A stretch of 64,000 nucleotides of DNA from Antedon mediterranea (taxonomy: Eukaryota > Animalia > Echinodermata): positions 10,585,432 to 10,649,431 of the forward strand of contig NC_092679.1 of NCBI RefSeq assembly GCF_964355755.1, in the 5' to 3' direction. The position numbers were made by a program, and so were the translations under genes. The notes beneath the pieces were generated by a model. It saw only the letters and a list, made by a program, of their open reading frames with translations, ran no database searches and was not told where the DNA came from. Shown here in pieces: positions 27,122 to 40,397 of the stretch; within the stretch, counting starts at the first letter, position 1, and each line of letters opens with the position of its first letter.

Positions 27122-27149
27122 TTAGATAATAATATGATACTATTATTAT

Positions 27150-27720
27150 TATAGATATGAAATTATCATTTCAAATCAATTTGATTGTCCTTACATTAGT
27201 GGATTGCTATATAGTGATATATCTGATCATCTCCTTATTTCCTACCTCTCTGATAATGTTGCCACTAGCTCAAACAAGGAACAGTCCCTTCTGTCAGACA
27301 GAACAATACATCTTTTAACAATTTTTATCAAGTGTTTCTAATGAAACTTGGTTTGATATCCTTAATTCTAATGATCCCGACTTTGCTTATGACCTCTTTG
27401 ATAACATTCTTTATGACCACCACTACGCGCTACTGAAAAGGAACAATACTAAAGAGAACAAACTAATTAAATCTTGGCTTGCTGAAATCTATAAAGCATA
27501 AACATAAACTTTATGCTGAATTTCTCCAGCCAATTAAATTAAATATAAACAATACCGCAATAAACTTAACTCCACTATCAAAAATGGAAAAAGAATACAC
27601 TTCCAAGCTGTTTTCATCATGCAAAAAAATGATATTGAGTTGAACCTGTAAGACAATTATCTCTTTATTTAACACACACAAAAAAAATCTGAAATCACCA
27701 CAAAAGCATTACTCCAATTA
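27150..27720 (+). mobile_element. Highly decayed CR1/L2 LINE (endonuclease end and tether)
   Basis: SGLLYSDISDHL and KYKQYRNKLNSTIK motifs. Confidence 0.6.
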
Positions 27721-28859
27721 ATGTGACCAACTAAAGACTAACCACTTGGGATTGGTAAGACATGTGAATGAGTACATTGAATATGCTAAGAATCCTATCA
27801 AGGACGTTATTGCCAATTATCTTATCATTGTTTGAATAAATAATAAAAAGAGAAACATCACAGAAAGAAGTCAGAATGTTATTATTCATTCTATTTTTAG
27901 TAATTAAATTCATTATTAAATGTTTTTTATATACAAATAAGATAAGACAAAAAAAATCTTCAATTCCCTCTTACAAATCAGTCAGTAAATTAAAAGAAAA
28001 TATTTTAGATAGTTGGCCTAAACACATAAAATGTTGTAAAAAAACAGAAGAAATAAATTATGAAATCGAAAGAAGTTTGTTTAGATTTTGATCATTTAAA
28101 CCTGTTTTTCTGTCGACGTAACGTTACGGCGAGATGCGCTGAATTGACAGGATTCGAAGATTTTACAGGAAAAGAGAAAAAACAATGTTAAAAATCTGCA
28201 ATCGTTAAAGTTGAACCGGGTTCAGGACCGGTCGAAGGAATATTTTAAGGGGGTTTTCCAAGAGTTAAAGGCGAATTTTGTTAAATGACACTCCTAGATG
28301 GCCGAAGATGGTACTCTCGCACAAAAAATTCATGTTAAATGGCAACTCTAGTTCGCCGGAAACGACACTTTATATCGGGCTACAGTAGCAAACAGCAATA
28401 CCATCGTATCCCGCCTATTTTTTAGCTGGTAAAACAAACATTTGTTTGCGTTCAATGCGAACGTCAGAGAATGTCCCAGATGAAGGTACTTCCGGTAAGG
28501 TAATGAATTCTATCAATTATAATCAATTAATACAAATTTGTTATTATTATTATTATTACTATCAATCAATAATTTTTTTAAAGTAAGACAAAAAAAAATG
28601 AAGCTGCTGCTATAAAAATATTGAACAAAATGTTAAATTATATTATTTTGAAATAAATGAAGTCAGTTAAACCACAATTTCCAACAATGTTGCTTAAACC
28701 GCACTCTGGAAAAGAAAATGTGATCTAAATTTGCAGAAAGAAGCAATTAAAACTGTTCAAACTTTGGAATGTCCGTAATTACTACAGAAATTTGGCCCAA
28801 TATTACGGACTTAGGGAAATGAAGATAAAGTACTATGGCAATACTTAAATGGTGGGGAT

Positions 28860-29082
28860 TTGTAAATTGTTAATATTACCAAAACCAAATAGATGATAAT
28901 TAACTTCTGTAAAATTGCAGTAGAACATAACGTATTAACAATTAAAGAAATCGGGGTTGAAAGAGTCACGGAATATAAATATTTGGGTATGATACTATAA
29001 TTGATAACAAATTGAAGTGGGAATCTAACACTCTTATGATCGCCAAGAAAGTATCTCAAAGACTCTACTTCCTCAGAAAGCT
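28860..29082 (+). mobile_element. Rex1/Babar RT C-terminal fragment, same family as the 58690-62471 element
   Basis: NITKTK*MIINF...VERVTEYKYLG...IDNKLKWESNTLMIAKKVSQRLYFLRKL. Confidence 0.85.
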
Positions 29083-31090
29083 TACATCAGGTGGTTAAAA
29101 TCAGTACCGAATGTACGAACCAACTTTATATACCATCGAGTAAAAATTCTAGAAGTAACGCGCGATTTACCGAATTTTGCCCTTACGTAAATTTTAGATT
29201 TTGATATGAACAAATAATTTGTGTTCACTCTGTTAGTTCCGTTTTGACAAAGACAAAGACATACAGCATTTTGCCAGCAATCAAAACAAAAGGTACGTGA
29301 TCATCTGGTGTTCCTTTGTATGAAACAGTTCAATATTCGCTAAGTGGGCCCAGCTCACTGCAGTTTACACATCTGAGCTGTGTCATGTTATATCCAGGGA
29401 CCAAAATGTGGCAGGGGGTCAGATCAGTCGCATATATATAATTTGGATATCATCATATTATTATGCAGCTAATTATCTGTTTTTTTAATGGTAAAAAAAT
29501 TATTATGATCCGACTTTTACTTACAAAGTTACGTGCAATTTAAAACATTTATGTGTTGGAACTATCTGGATTATGTTTCGGAGAAATGTGCATTCAAAGT
29601 TTACCGGCGCGGTCCCACAGGGGCCTTGCTGAATGAATGCCCTAGCAACAGACAAGAGGACCTGGAGAACACGCTTTTATTATTGTTCTAGTTATCAGAT
29701 GTTATTAAATTTCCTGACAATTTGCTCATGATAATACTTTATTTGTTTAGCAATTTCAATTTTGTCTTGATCTTTATACGCCATTATTAATTTAAATTTT
29801 TTACCAAGTAAAGTAAGTATACACTGCTCTCACGTTGTGTCCTGATTCCTCCTCCGAACAACATAGACAGCTATGACATTGTAACCATGCACAGTCGTGA
29901 CCTTTAAAGTCATTGTGAGCACAATTGGCTAATCACAGCGCCGGATACACTGTGTTCATCTTTAATCACTAAAAGTTGTTATCATTGGTTAGGATGAAGA
30001 ACAACTGAAATAAAGTCCAATAGAAATACCCCTCTTCAAATTACCTTTATATTCATAGTAAACGAGTCAGATTTCCCTTAGAAAATGGCGGCATATGAGG
30101 CTCTTGAAAAGACGATTGTACAGGCGAAAAATTGGCCAAGTTTTCGACATCTTACAAAATATAGCCTTACAATATGTATTTTTTACTTGTTTTAGGTGAA
30201 AAATTAAAATAAATAACAACATCGTATGATTCTAGAATACATAAAGGTGAAATTTAATCGATAAAATATTTTTAAATTTTGTTTTTTTCAACATGATTTT
30301 GCCTTTTCTAGGCTGCATCAGTTCGAGGATTACCGACAAGTGACTGGTTTGTCCGTGCCACAAAAGCGTAGGTAATTTCCAGAGAAAGTATTAAAAATCG
30401 GCAAATCGATTTTAATCAAGTTTACCGATGTGTTGCTTGCGGTATTGAACAAAGGGTGCTGTTTCCAAAGTCACTGCACTGATGATATCGTGGTAATTTG
30501 ATATTATAGAATCGGTATAGGATGATTCCGAGTTGTTGGGTCCAATAAAAGTTTGACGTTAAATTTTTTCAATTCATTTTTTTTTTAAGGAAAACTTTTT
30601 ATATTTCTTGTTTTATGTAGGACAAATGCCTATTTATCTATCTATTGTCGATTATTATCGTCCTACAGGTACAGTAGTGTAAATAGGCCTTAAACATAGA
30701 AAAACTGAAAATAATAATAATAATAATAGAAAAATGAATTTTAACAATTTTAAGCAGAACAGTATCACAATTTCAATTTTTATGTCTTGTAAATGGTAAC
30801 GTCCTTTTTTGTGTACAGATTAATAGTTTTTTGCTATGACATTTTGTTTTTATAAGCTTTTTCGACTTACTGATGTTCTGCATGAGATTTTAATGTTTTA
30901 ACTGTTTTTTATTATTGTACAAATGGTATATGTAATTTAATCTCAATTCAATCTTATATATTGCAATGAGTAGAACGAATAAAACCAGAAATATAAAATC
31001 AAACGAAATACAACAATTATCTGAATTATAAATCTAATCCCTGTATGTAACAATTGGCTAAAAACAATTAGTACAGATAAAACAACTTGC

Positions 31091-31279
31091 CTGTAAAACT
31101 AAATCCATAAGCAGCATAGGCTGCAGCTTGCCCAGCTGCTGCTCCTGCAAGAGCAGCAGCCATTGCAGCAGCACTTCCACTATTGCCTTTTCTAGGCCTA
31201 CCAGGCCTTCCTGGTAACTTTTTAGTGTTTGAAGGTTTTGTACGTGGTCTACCTCTACTCCTCTTGGAATTTGGCGAGT
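31091..31279 (-). CDS. INO80: INO80 exon with AT-hook-like motifs and conserved Ala-rich segment, 189 nt
   Basis: ttatcag|AC...ACAG|gcaagt. Encodes (D)SPNSKRSRGRPRTKPSNTKKLPGRPGRPRKGNSGSAAAMAAALAGAAAGQAAAYAAYGFSFT; GSAAAMA...AAAYAAYG is characteristic of the metazoan INO80 C-terminus. Confidence 0.92.
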
Positions 31280-31961
31280 CTGATAACCAAGAATATAAAA
31301 GTAAAATATGTTATTTTCATTGTCATATGGAATTCAGTATTAATTTCTTTTAGAAAATTGTGGAAGATCATAATCCATTGAGGATCGAAGCTTACATTAT
31401 GGTTTCCTGTATTTACTGGAAATGGTGAGATTGTCTTTACAGTACAGTACATTGTGAAAGTGTCTTTATTCATTCATAATGGTATATTTATTAAAATTAT
31501 CTTCACAGAAAAACTGAATTGTGACAATTTTTACATTATTAAAATATAACATCAAAAATTGAGAACCACACAATACATCATATAAAAACATTAAAATAAA
31601 CGAGCACAACATCAAAACAAGTAAAAATTTAAATGACTGGCCAAGTGAATTGCAAAAATTACCTAACATATTATATTTTATTATTCTTACTTCAAACATA
31701 TACAGAGAAATAAAATTATTTTCAATACAGAAGAAAAATCAGTTGCGGTTCCACTGACGAAGTTGGTTCGTCATGTATGGAATGGAGCTGTTACGATGTG
31801 ACAGTCCGGAAAACAGGGACAGTAAGTTTTTTTGCACTTCGTAGGTCTCTGCCATGAGACTTAAACCTACTGAGTGGAATACACTCATCTTGGCTAGAAA
31901 TTAAGGAGGCAAAAAATTTGCTACAAATTTCATTATGACGAACATTTAACTTTTACTTTAT

Positions 31962-32337
31962 ATGGCGAGATTATCGTTACAGGGTGAAGTTGTCTTTACA
32001 GGGTGAACTTGTCTTTACTGGGTGAACTTGTCTTTACTTGGTGATATTGTCTTTACTGGGTGATATTTCTTTACTGGGTGATATTGTCTTTACTGGGTGA
32101 TATTGTCTTTACTGGGTGATATTGTTTTTACTGGGTGATATTGTGTTTACTGGGTGATAATGTGTTTACTGGGTGATATTGCCTTTACTGGGTGATATTG
32201 GCTTTACTAGGTGAGATTGTCTTTACTGGGTGAGATTGTCTTTACTGGGTGATATTGTTTTTACTGGGTGATATTGTGTTTACTGGGTGATATTGTCTTT
32301 CTGGGTGATATTGCCTTTCTGAGTGATATTGTCTATA
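31962..32337. repeat. 19-bp minisatellite, about 19-20 copies
   Basis: Consensus TGGGTGATATTGTCTTTAC. Lone related unit at about 31423-31441. Confidence 0.95.
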
Positions 32338-32433
32338 CATGACATCATTTTATGCCATAACTAAGTTTTCAGACATCGACCAGCTTATGTTAGTTTTGTC
32401 TAGAACTGCTAGGGATAAACATATCCCTATTAA

Positions 32434-33261
32434 CCCTTTCACTGCGTATACCCGGTACTACCGGGTATAAACAAACGTCGTTGAAATACGTATACCCGGT
32501 AATACCAGGTATGAGCAAAACAATTATTTAATCGTATTTGCCTGTAATATATGGAACCCTCTATATTCTTTCGATGAACTTGAATAATTTTGCAAGTCAT
32601 TAAAAAAATTTCCCAGCAAAAAAAAACGGCCCTCTATAGTTGTATTATCGTCTTGAAAATAATGCGCCCTCTATAGTTAATTATATATAGTATAGTATAA
32701 TATAATAGTATTTCTATCTTGGAAAGTTGTTTTGAGTACAAATTTACCAGCCCCAATAGGGCAACATCGTGTTTATCACAACACACACAAAAAAAAATTC
32801 TGAAACAATAGTTAGTTTTTGTACTATAGCGAATTATTGGAAACTGTCATTATTTTCTCGATTTTGCCCCAAAACTTTGATTTGTGCATAATTTTTATAA
32901 AACAATAAAAATAATTTAATTTTTATTTTTTATTTTTATTTGTTATACGTATCTTCATGAATATCCAGTTGGAAAAACGTATTCCATAAGAATTTCTTAT
33001 AGAAAATATAGTTTTTATGATTGAATAGATAAAAAACTCGAAATCCAAAATACCTGTAATGACGTCATGTGTGTCATCAATATGCAAATTACTTTTTTTT
33101 TTATACCTAACTGTAAACTAACCTTTTGCCCATCACACACCACAAAAATAATTACACAATTATCTCAATTAGTATTTTTTTGCAATTTATTAAAATATCA
33201 TATGTTTTTCTTAAATATATATTACGCACAGAGGTGGGAATAATGCGCCGCAGTGAAAGGG
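32434..33261. mobile_element. piggyBac-type MITE (828 bp) inserted in a Tigger transposase
   Basis: TTAA|CCCTTTCACTGCG ... CGCAGTGAAAGGG|TAAA. Confidence 0.88.
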
Positions 33262-33724
33262 TAAATAGACCCTTGATTAAGGCAAAGACAGAGCAATTTT
33301 CAGAGGAATTGAACCTAGTGGACTTTAAAGCATCCGATGGATGGATAACCAAGTAAAAAAGTAGACATGACATAAAACAATTGGTTATCTGCAGAGAAAG
33401 AGGCGATAAGATTGTCGGACTTTGCGTTGGTTATGAACCAAAGGATATTTGTAACTGTGACGAAACTGGTTTGTTTTTCCGTGCACTACCAGACAGGACA
33501 CTAGCTGAAAAGCATGATGACGTTAAAGGAGTGAAATCTTCTAAGAAAGTAGTGATGTTCACATGCAGTATGACTGGAGAAAAGGTATATTTTTTAAATT
33601 TTCCTAATTCATCTTGTCTATCCTCACATCACGCAATCACTTATGTGCACATAATTTGTTTTTCTTATCATTCTTCATGTAAATCTTTAGCATATTTTAG
33701 TCATCTATATATAAATTTATGTAA

Positions 33725-34850
33725 GGGTAAAGTTCAGTAAATCGCGCGTTACTTTTATAATACTATACTGATTTTAACCACCTAATGTAACCCTGTTCAC
33801 TAATGAAATTGAGTTAGATAATTAGTTATTGACAAAGCGAATTTGGCTTCAACAATTTGCCCCAAATAGGGGTGTTTTCCGATCGCGGTATACACTGTCT
33901 AATGGATGTCCATCTTGCAAAATACCCGCACACAATAATACGAGGATGCTTCGCATTTACCCTCTCCTTCTACGATCATTGTTTTTAATAGCTTAAAAAA
34001 CCGGTTAAACAGCTCGAGTACAGCATCATAATGTTGAAGACAGGCCGATTTTCTTTAAAAAATACTATTTTTATAGATTTGATTTACGATGAATGGAACA
34101 TTCCAATATAATTATTTGCTTTAACACAAGTACCTCTGTAGGTAAATTTATAGGCCCTTGGGGAATAAACCTAATACCTTTAGATATAATATTGCAATGC
34201 TTGGACAATACTGTAAATACATATTAACCATTTTTGGTTGCCATTTGAAATTTGTGAGTGTGGGTATTGATATATAAACACATGTACAAATAAACTTATT
34301 ACTGTGAGTGTTGGTAGGCCCTACTTTTAGATATATAAATGCACAATATAAAAATAAACATTATTACTGACAGTTGCTTCTCAACGTTTGTATTAATTAA
34401 TAATTACAAAAAATATAAAAAAATCGTTGTAGTGGTGTATCGTTACACTACTTTACTATTTCAATCGACTATGACATTGACAGTTTTAACAAAGTATTAA
34501 ATTGCAAATGTTATTTATAGACCATCATGAACAAATATTTCGTTACTGAGTGGATAAAGAATATATTTCAAAATTGTTCCTTTTTGTACCCATCCTCTTC
34601 TACATCCCTCAACCCTAATGTTACATACAAAACACAAATTAGGTTTGTTTACAAAAAATTTGGACTCATTTTCTGACAAATTTCTCTTTCGGAAATAGGA
34701 ATTATCCAATGGTGCAAATTTCAGTTGATTACATAAATCATCATGTCTATTTATTCGTTTCTGTAAATAATGCAAGACAATGTATTATAGTCCTGCGGTA
34801 CGTACATTTCGAATCGCCAGTTTTTTTATGCTGAACCATCTGTGGGCTCG
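33725..34850. repeat. Dispersed non-coding DNA-transposon-like family; long copy at 44568-45430, inverted pieces at 11774-12010 and 29083-29190
   Basis: TGATTTTAACCACCT.ATGTAACCCTGTT onward is colinear for about 800 bp between 33769 and 44568. A ~65-bp near-identical block occurs at 11945 and 29123. Confidence 0.85.
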
Positions 34851-35625
34851 CTTGCGTACTAGTGTTACTCAATTTTTTGTACATGGTAACGTTGGGTTGT
34901 TTTCAGCTGTCTAATAACATAAAATCAGAACTCCATAACAACTTTTAAATCTTCACTATAGATAACATTAACCTTTAACCTTTTTGCCTTCACAATTGTA
35001 AATAGTTTTATATCTTTTTTCTTTCTTTTTGTTTTTCTTTATATTTTATTTTTGTTATAAACATGTTTACTGAACCACTTTGGAAATCAGTACATTTGTA
35101 TTGAAAGTGTATTTCAGTTTAAAGAAAGAACAAATAAATACATAAACATAATCGTCTTATTTATTCATGTACATATTATGATTCGTTATGCCTTAACAAT
35201 TGCATTATAATAGCATTATCCATTTTTAATAAAGCATCAATAAAAAGATCTTGTTTCCTCTTTAAATGGGTTTTTATTTACATTAATGTATTTTTTATCA
35301 TTTTCGCTATTTAAAACCATAAACTGCCTGTGGTGTATAAAGCCAACCGAAAAGCCTGGAGGACTGGTGTGTTGTTTGATGATTATTTGACGAACTTGAA
35401 CTGCAATCAAATGAGGTTTCAGGGTAGAAATATTTTATTATTTTCTTGATAACGCTTCCTCTCATGTTGGATTACAAAAGAGCAACGTCGAACTCACAAG
35501 AGTGTCTTCAAAATGTATTTTTTAACTTGAATTATTAGTTATTAGTTTACCAAACTAAATAAAATTATTGTCATTATTATTATTATTATCATATATCGTA
35601 TCATATTAAACAGATATAAACAAAC

Positions 35626-35743
35626 CATTGATAGCTTTTAAAGTGTCAGTATCTTCAAAAATAGCATCACTGCAAACATCTTCAACTGCAGTTTGTTGTA
35701 CAGGAGTACTTGACAATCTTGTGCTATCACTACTCACAGACAC
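35626..35743 (-). CDS. INO80: INO80 exon, 118 nt
   Basis: tttcag|GTG...AAT G|gtttgt. Open frame VSVSSDSTRLSSTPVQQTAVEDVCSDAIFEDTDTLKAIN; start resembles vertebrate ISISSE. Phases fit both neighbours. Confidence 0.8.
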
Positions 35744-37039
35744 CTGAAATTAAACATAACATGTTTTTTTCCTTAACAATACGTAAATATATAAATTAAA
35801 TGCAGTAAAAAGTATTTTTTCCTAGACGTTTACATTTTATTTATTTCGGACATTTCACCTTTACAATGGCAATCACACTCACTGTGGTGTGGTAACAAAA
35901 TTAACATCAACAGTATAAATATATAGTAGGAATTTCAGTAGGAAAACAAAATATATATGTACTATATTTACAAAGCAACAACACAGGGGAAAAGCAGAAT
36001 ATAATAATTTTTTTAGTTCTGATTGTTTCTCCGAAGCAGCTCTTGTATAGACATTTTCATAGATTTTTCCCTGATCCAGGCGGATTTACTCATTATTTTT
36101 CCCATGGTTAAAAAAGCCTGTTATTGTTTGAAACAAAGTGTTTTTTATTATCTACAATATATTTATCATTGGTATTGGGTTTGTTTTCAGCTTAAACGTG
36201 ACATGAATCCATGGAAAACGATGTGACAACTGGAGTGTGTGGCCGCACCATCCAAGATTAAACATGATATTAATATTTAAAACAAATAGTTGTTTTCGTT
36301 TGTTGTTGTATGGGGTTGGGGACTGAGATGAGATATGGCATAATTAGTTGAAATATGTAAGAAAATATATAAGACTCACTAGGACCTCATCTAGACCATG
36401 GTTGGGACTGAGGTAAGAAAAATTTGAAAATCCAAACCAATTTTTTTTAGGTAGGGCTTCTGCGGTCAATTTAATGGTTGTCGATAAATTTTGAAATTTT
36501 GTTTGCTACATTAACCTAGATTAATGTGTTTATAAACTTTGAGTTGTTATCCTTAACCAGATGTTCTTGAATCTGTGTCTTTAAATGTCGGGAAGGTTTC
36601 CCAATTTACTGTAATAGGCATCAGTCCACACAATTAAATGATAGACCACACTGGATTTAGAATAAAAACAAATTACCTAAAATGTAAAAAAAAAAAAAAA
36701 TTACCTAAAAATTATCAATTGTTATATGTTAATGTTTACATAATTTAGTAATATTATGTGGTTACAACTCTTTTATTTGTTTTACCCTTTCACACGATCG
36801 GTCGAGTGGGTGCATCACATCACAATATAAAAATATCCATCCGTGCATGATGCATTCTGGTATTTATAACGGGCCGCTCAAATTATTAGAATCGACTTTA
36901 AAACGTTTAAAATTATCGCAACAGGTCTATATGAAAATGATTATGCCATCCTATGACATGAAGTAAATGTTTACACTACAGTGATGAATTGTGTCTATTT
37001 TTTGTTATACAGTGTTCAGTAGTTTTACAGAATACACTG

Positions 37040-37660
37040 TATATATTATATACATTGTAGCATAGAAGAAATTACGAGACCCATCTTTTATTCCAACTTT
37101 TAACATGATGACGCATTAAAATGAAACATGACGATAACAACTTTATAAGATAATTATCTTCATAATTACATTCATACAAATTTGAAAAAAAAAAAAAAAA
37201 ATCAATTGCGAAAACCATTTTTCTACTTTTTGTACGAACTGTGCGCAAAAGTGAGTGCACAAAATGCAAACGATTTAGAAAATTTATAAATTCTCAAAAT
37301 AACCTTTTAATTTTAAATACGCGTACCCGCTATTGTGTAGCATGCTATTGCTAACATTTCTCCATAATATGAAGTATACTTTTGTAAAGTTTCATTGAAA
37401 AATATTTTTTGGTTCCGATTTTAGGATCAACCATAACATTTCATAAAATCATGCTGCGCGACTCTGAAATCATTTTTTCTGCACATCTACAGTTAGAGGT
37501 CAATCTTCTGACAAGTTAAGTTAAGTTAAACAAATGTTATGTTGACAAGAGTTACAGATATAGCTGCAACTAAATTCGTGGAAAGAAGATTAAGATAGAA
37601 GGAAAAAAAAGATCAATGACAATGTCAAGGGGTTATCCACTAAGTGCAGATAACCAATTA
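37040..37660 (+). mobile_element. Helentron-associated repeat copy with terminal hairpin
   Basis: Homologous to 6340-6735. Ends GGTTATCCAC-TAA-GTGCAGATAACC. Confidence 0.6.
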
Positions 37661-38601
37661 GTAAGTAATATTTTCGACACACAATATATTTGTTTTCTGT
37701 CTAATTTTTATTTAATGTATGCTTGTTAATGTATCTCATTGAGACTATGCCTCTGATATAAAAGTGGGTTCAGCTCACAGCCATTTTCAAAAAAAGTAAA
37801 CAGGTAAATATGATTACAAAATGTGTGCAATCGACAAAATAGTAGAAATTTGTCAACAAAGTGTTTTATCCTCCTCAAAGTACTGTATGTAAATGGAAGT
37901 AGAGTGTATTAAATAATACGATAAAATGGTCAAAAGAACTGATATGAGAATAAAGGGTATTCAATAAAAAAAAATGTGAATACTTTGAATTTGGCAAAGT
38001 AATATCATTTTTTTGGTAAAGACAGTCAAGTATTATTCATAAACATACATAGGTAAAAAAAACATTTTAAAAAATGTATGCAAAAGAATCTTATTTAGAT
38101 TTAATGAATATGGTATTTCAAAAGTTAAAATAATATTTTTTAAACAAAGAAAAATGTTTAAGGTCCAGTTCATACCTATGGTGTTAGGGATTCGTACAAT
38201 GCTTGTAGAGTATTTGTGGAAAATGGTTGATAGAACTGTTTAAGCGTACAACACTGCTGTAATTAGGTTATATGCATTATCGTGCATATACCTTTATTGA
38301 TTTCGTCACAACCTTTATTTATTCTTTCTTTAGCAGTATTTTGTCCGTCAATTATCTTGAGATAAATTTAAAATAAGTTTTCTGTTATGTTAATTTTTCT
38401 TTTTTAACCAGTAAACTAAATATTCAATAGAGAGTTTACGAAACACGACGGGAGCTCAGACAACGAGTGATTGACAGTGATAGCCACGCCCACTGGCGAC
38501 ACTGCGCCTGCGTAAGTAATTTCACCAGTTGTCGTCTAGTAGCAGACAACTGCAAAATTGCTGTTTTGCAGTTCACAGTGCACGAAAAAAAATTACAAAC
38601 A

Positions 38602-39520
38602 ATGACTTCTCAATTAGCTGCCCAAAGTATGTATGTTTATATTTAAAATGATCATCAATTAAATAATGGGATCCTAAATAATGTTTGCATCGATTTCTGA
38701 TTTATGACCTAATTTAATAATAGATAAAATTATCACTTAAAATAAAGTGCCATTTGCTGCCTAAAAAAGTAGGCTAGAAAGAATAGGCCGCAGGTTGGCG
38801 CACCTAGGCTAGGCCTAATAGCTATTACTATCTAAGCTTAGGCTACTACTAGGCCTAACTAAACTACGGCCTATTCTATGCCTAGTCCTCCTACATATAC
38901 TAAGTCACTAACTAGGCCTAGCTAGGCTGGGAAGGCCCTCTATTTTTTTACCTCCTATTCATATTGCCACGCTGTGTAGGTAGGCCAGGCCTATAATAGA
39001 CCTGTCTACATTGGTTTACCTAGATTTGGTTTGAGGCCTAGCCTATAATATACTGAGCTATAACAACATCAATGACAGAATACTTTTATTCAGTAGTGTT
39101 ATTGATTGATATTATACATACATTTTTTATCCTATTTTAGCAAAAAAAATATCTCCAACTAAGAAGTGGTCTCCAGAAAAGGATGACCAGTTAGTGAAGG
39201 AAATGATACATTGGATCCTTTCCAGTACAGAGAAAGAAGGCAGCAACACGGAAAAGTATGGAAAGACATTGCAGGCAATCTTTCACCATCTTTCGACTTT
39301 ACTGTAACTTAGATGGAAGAAATGTAAGGGATAGATGGAATCTATTAAAGGACAAGTTGAGGGCAAAATTGAATAATGAGATAAGAGGGTCTGGTATCGC
39401 TCCATCAGCATTATCAGAAACAGAAGCTGCAATAGAAGATTTGCTAAGTCAGGAGTAAAATGCCTTAAACATAAGATCAGAGAGTGGTGATGCAGCCACA
39501 GCACGAGCTGCAGGTGAGGT
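38602..39520 (+). pseudogene. Harbinger ORF2, Myb/SANT (trihelix)-like DNA-binding protein, frameshifted
   Basis: Putative exon 1 38602-38626|gtatgt, acceptor ttttag|39141. KWSPEKDDQLVKEM..DPFQY..GKVWKDIAGNL..RNVRDRWNLLK..EIRGSGI shows the W-W-W pattern. Confidence 0.75.
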
Positions 39521-39919
39521 CGTGAGGTGGTTTCCCGAATGATCGTAAAATCAAAATGGTACTGGGTATGACCAACTAGCGTTATTGTCACCGACTAGTC
39601 ATCCATTCATATAAGTACTGATGTAGTAGCCTACCTGTACGGTGACCATATAATGTGACCCGAGGCATGACTAACTACGACTTTTAGTTGATAGAAGATT
39701 GAAAAAAATTGTTAATAAGAGTTGTACTGTATGTGGATGTTTAATGAAATTATGTCAATAATGTTTACACACTAGGCATATAAATAGGGATAAGAAATTG
39801 TATTTTTAGGTTTCTTCTATAGCCCTCTCTGTTTTTGATAAAGGTGGTCTCCCATCTAACTTAAAACCATTAAAAGATTACTTGCTGAGTCCTTTAAAGT
39901 GTATATACTGTATAAGGTA

Positions 39920-40222
39920 ATTAATAATTGTGCAATATTAAAAACAATGCAATATCAACAACTTTTAAAGTAAACATGCTTATGTATTCTGTAGTAACAT
40001 TAATATATTTTAATGTTCAATATAAAGTTTAAACAGTTGAGTTCATAATATATTTTAACAAATTGAATACACTGTATTACACACGGTACAATAATAATTG
40101 TGCAATATTAAAAACAATGCAATATCAACAACTTGTAAATAAGTAAGTAAATATGCTTATGTATTCTGTAGTAACATTAATATATTTTAATGTTCAATAT
40201 AAAGTTTAAACAGTTCAGTTCA
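39920..40222 (+). repeat. Direct duplication (~130 bp, period ~170) within the Harbinger spacer
   Basis: AATAATTGTGCAATATTAAAAACAATGC...AAAGTTTAAACAGTT occurs twice. Confidence 0.9.
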
Positions 40223-40397
40223 TTTACAGTACTACAGTACTATAAATAAAATTGCCCTGAGACTTTACAGTATACCTAACTTACGTGTATCAATCTGATT
40301 GTATAAATATGATCCAATGTATTACTGTATTAAAATTATTAACTTTTAAAAGGTGTAAAATGATTTATTTTATAATTACTTGTATTGCCTGTATAAT

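Larger units (their letters stand above)
32345..35500 (+). pseudogene. Fragmented Tigger/pogo transposase (CENP-B HTH and DDE_1)
   Basis: ARDKHIPIN|RPLIKAK...FKASDGWITK*KSRH; YEPKDICNCDETGLFFRALPDRTL...CSMTGEK (to 33584); resumes at about 35320 with LPVVYKANRKAW...QGRNILL..DNASSH. Confidence 0.88.

Noticed and set aside
31962-32337. CRISPR-like array
   Set aside because: Head-to-tail repeats without unique spacers, eukaryotic context, no cas genes.
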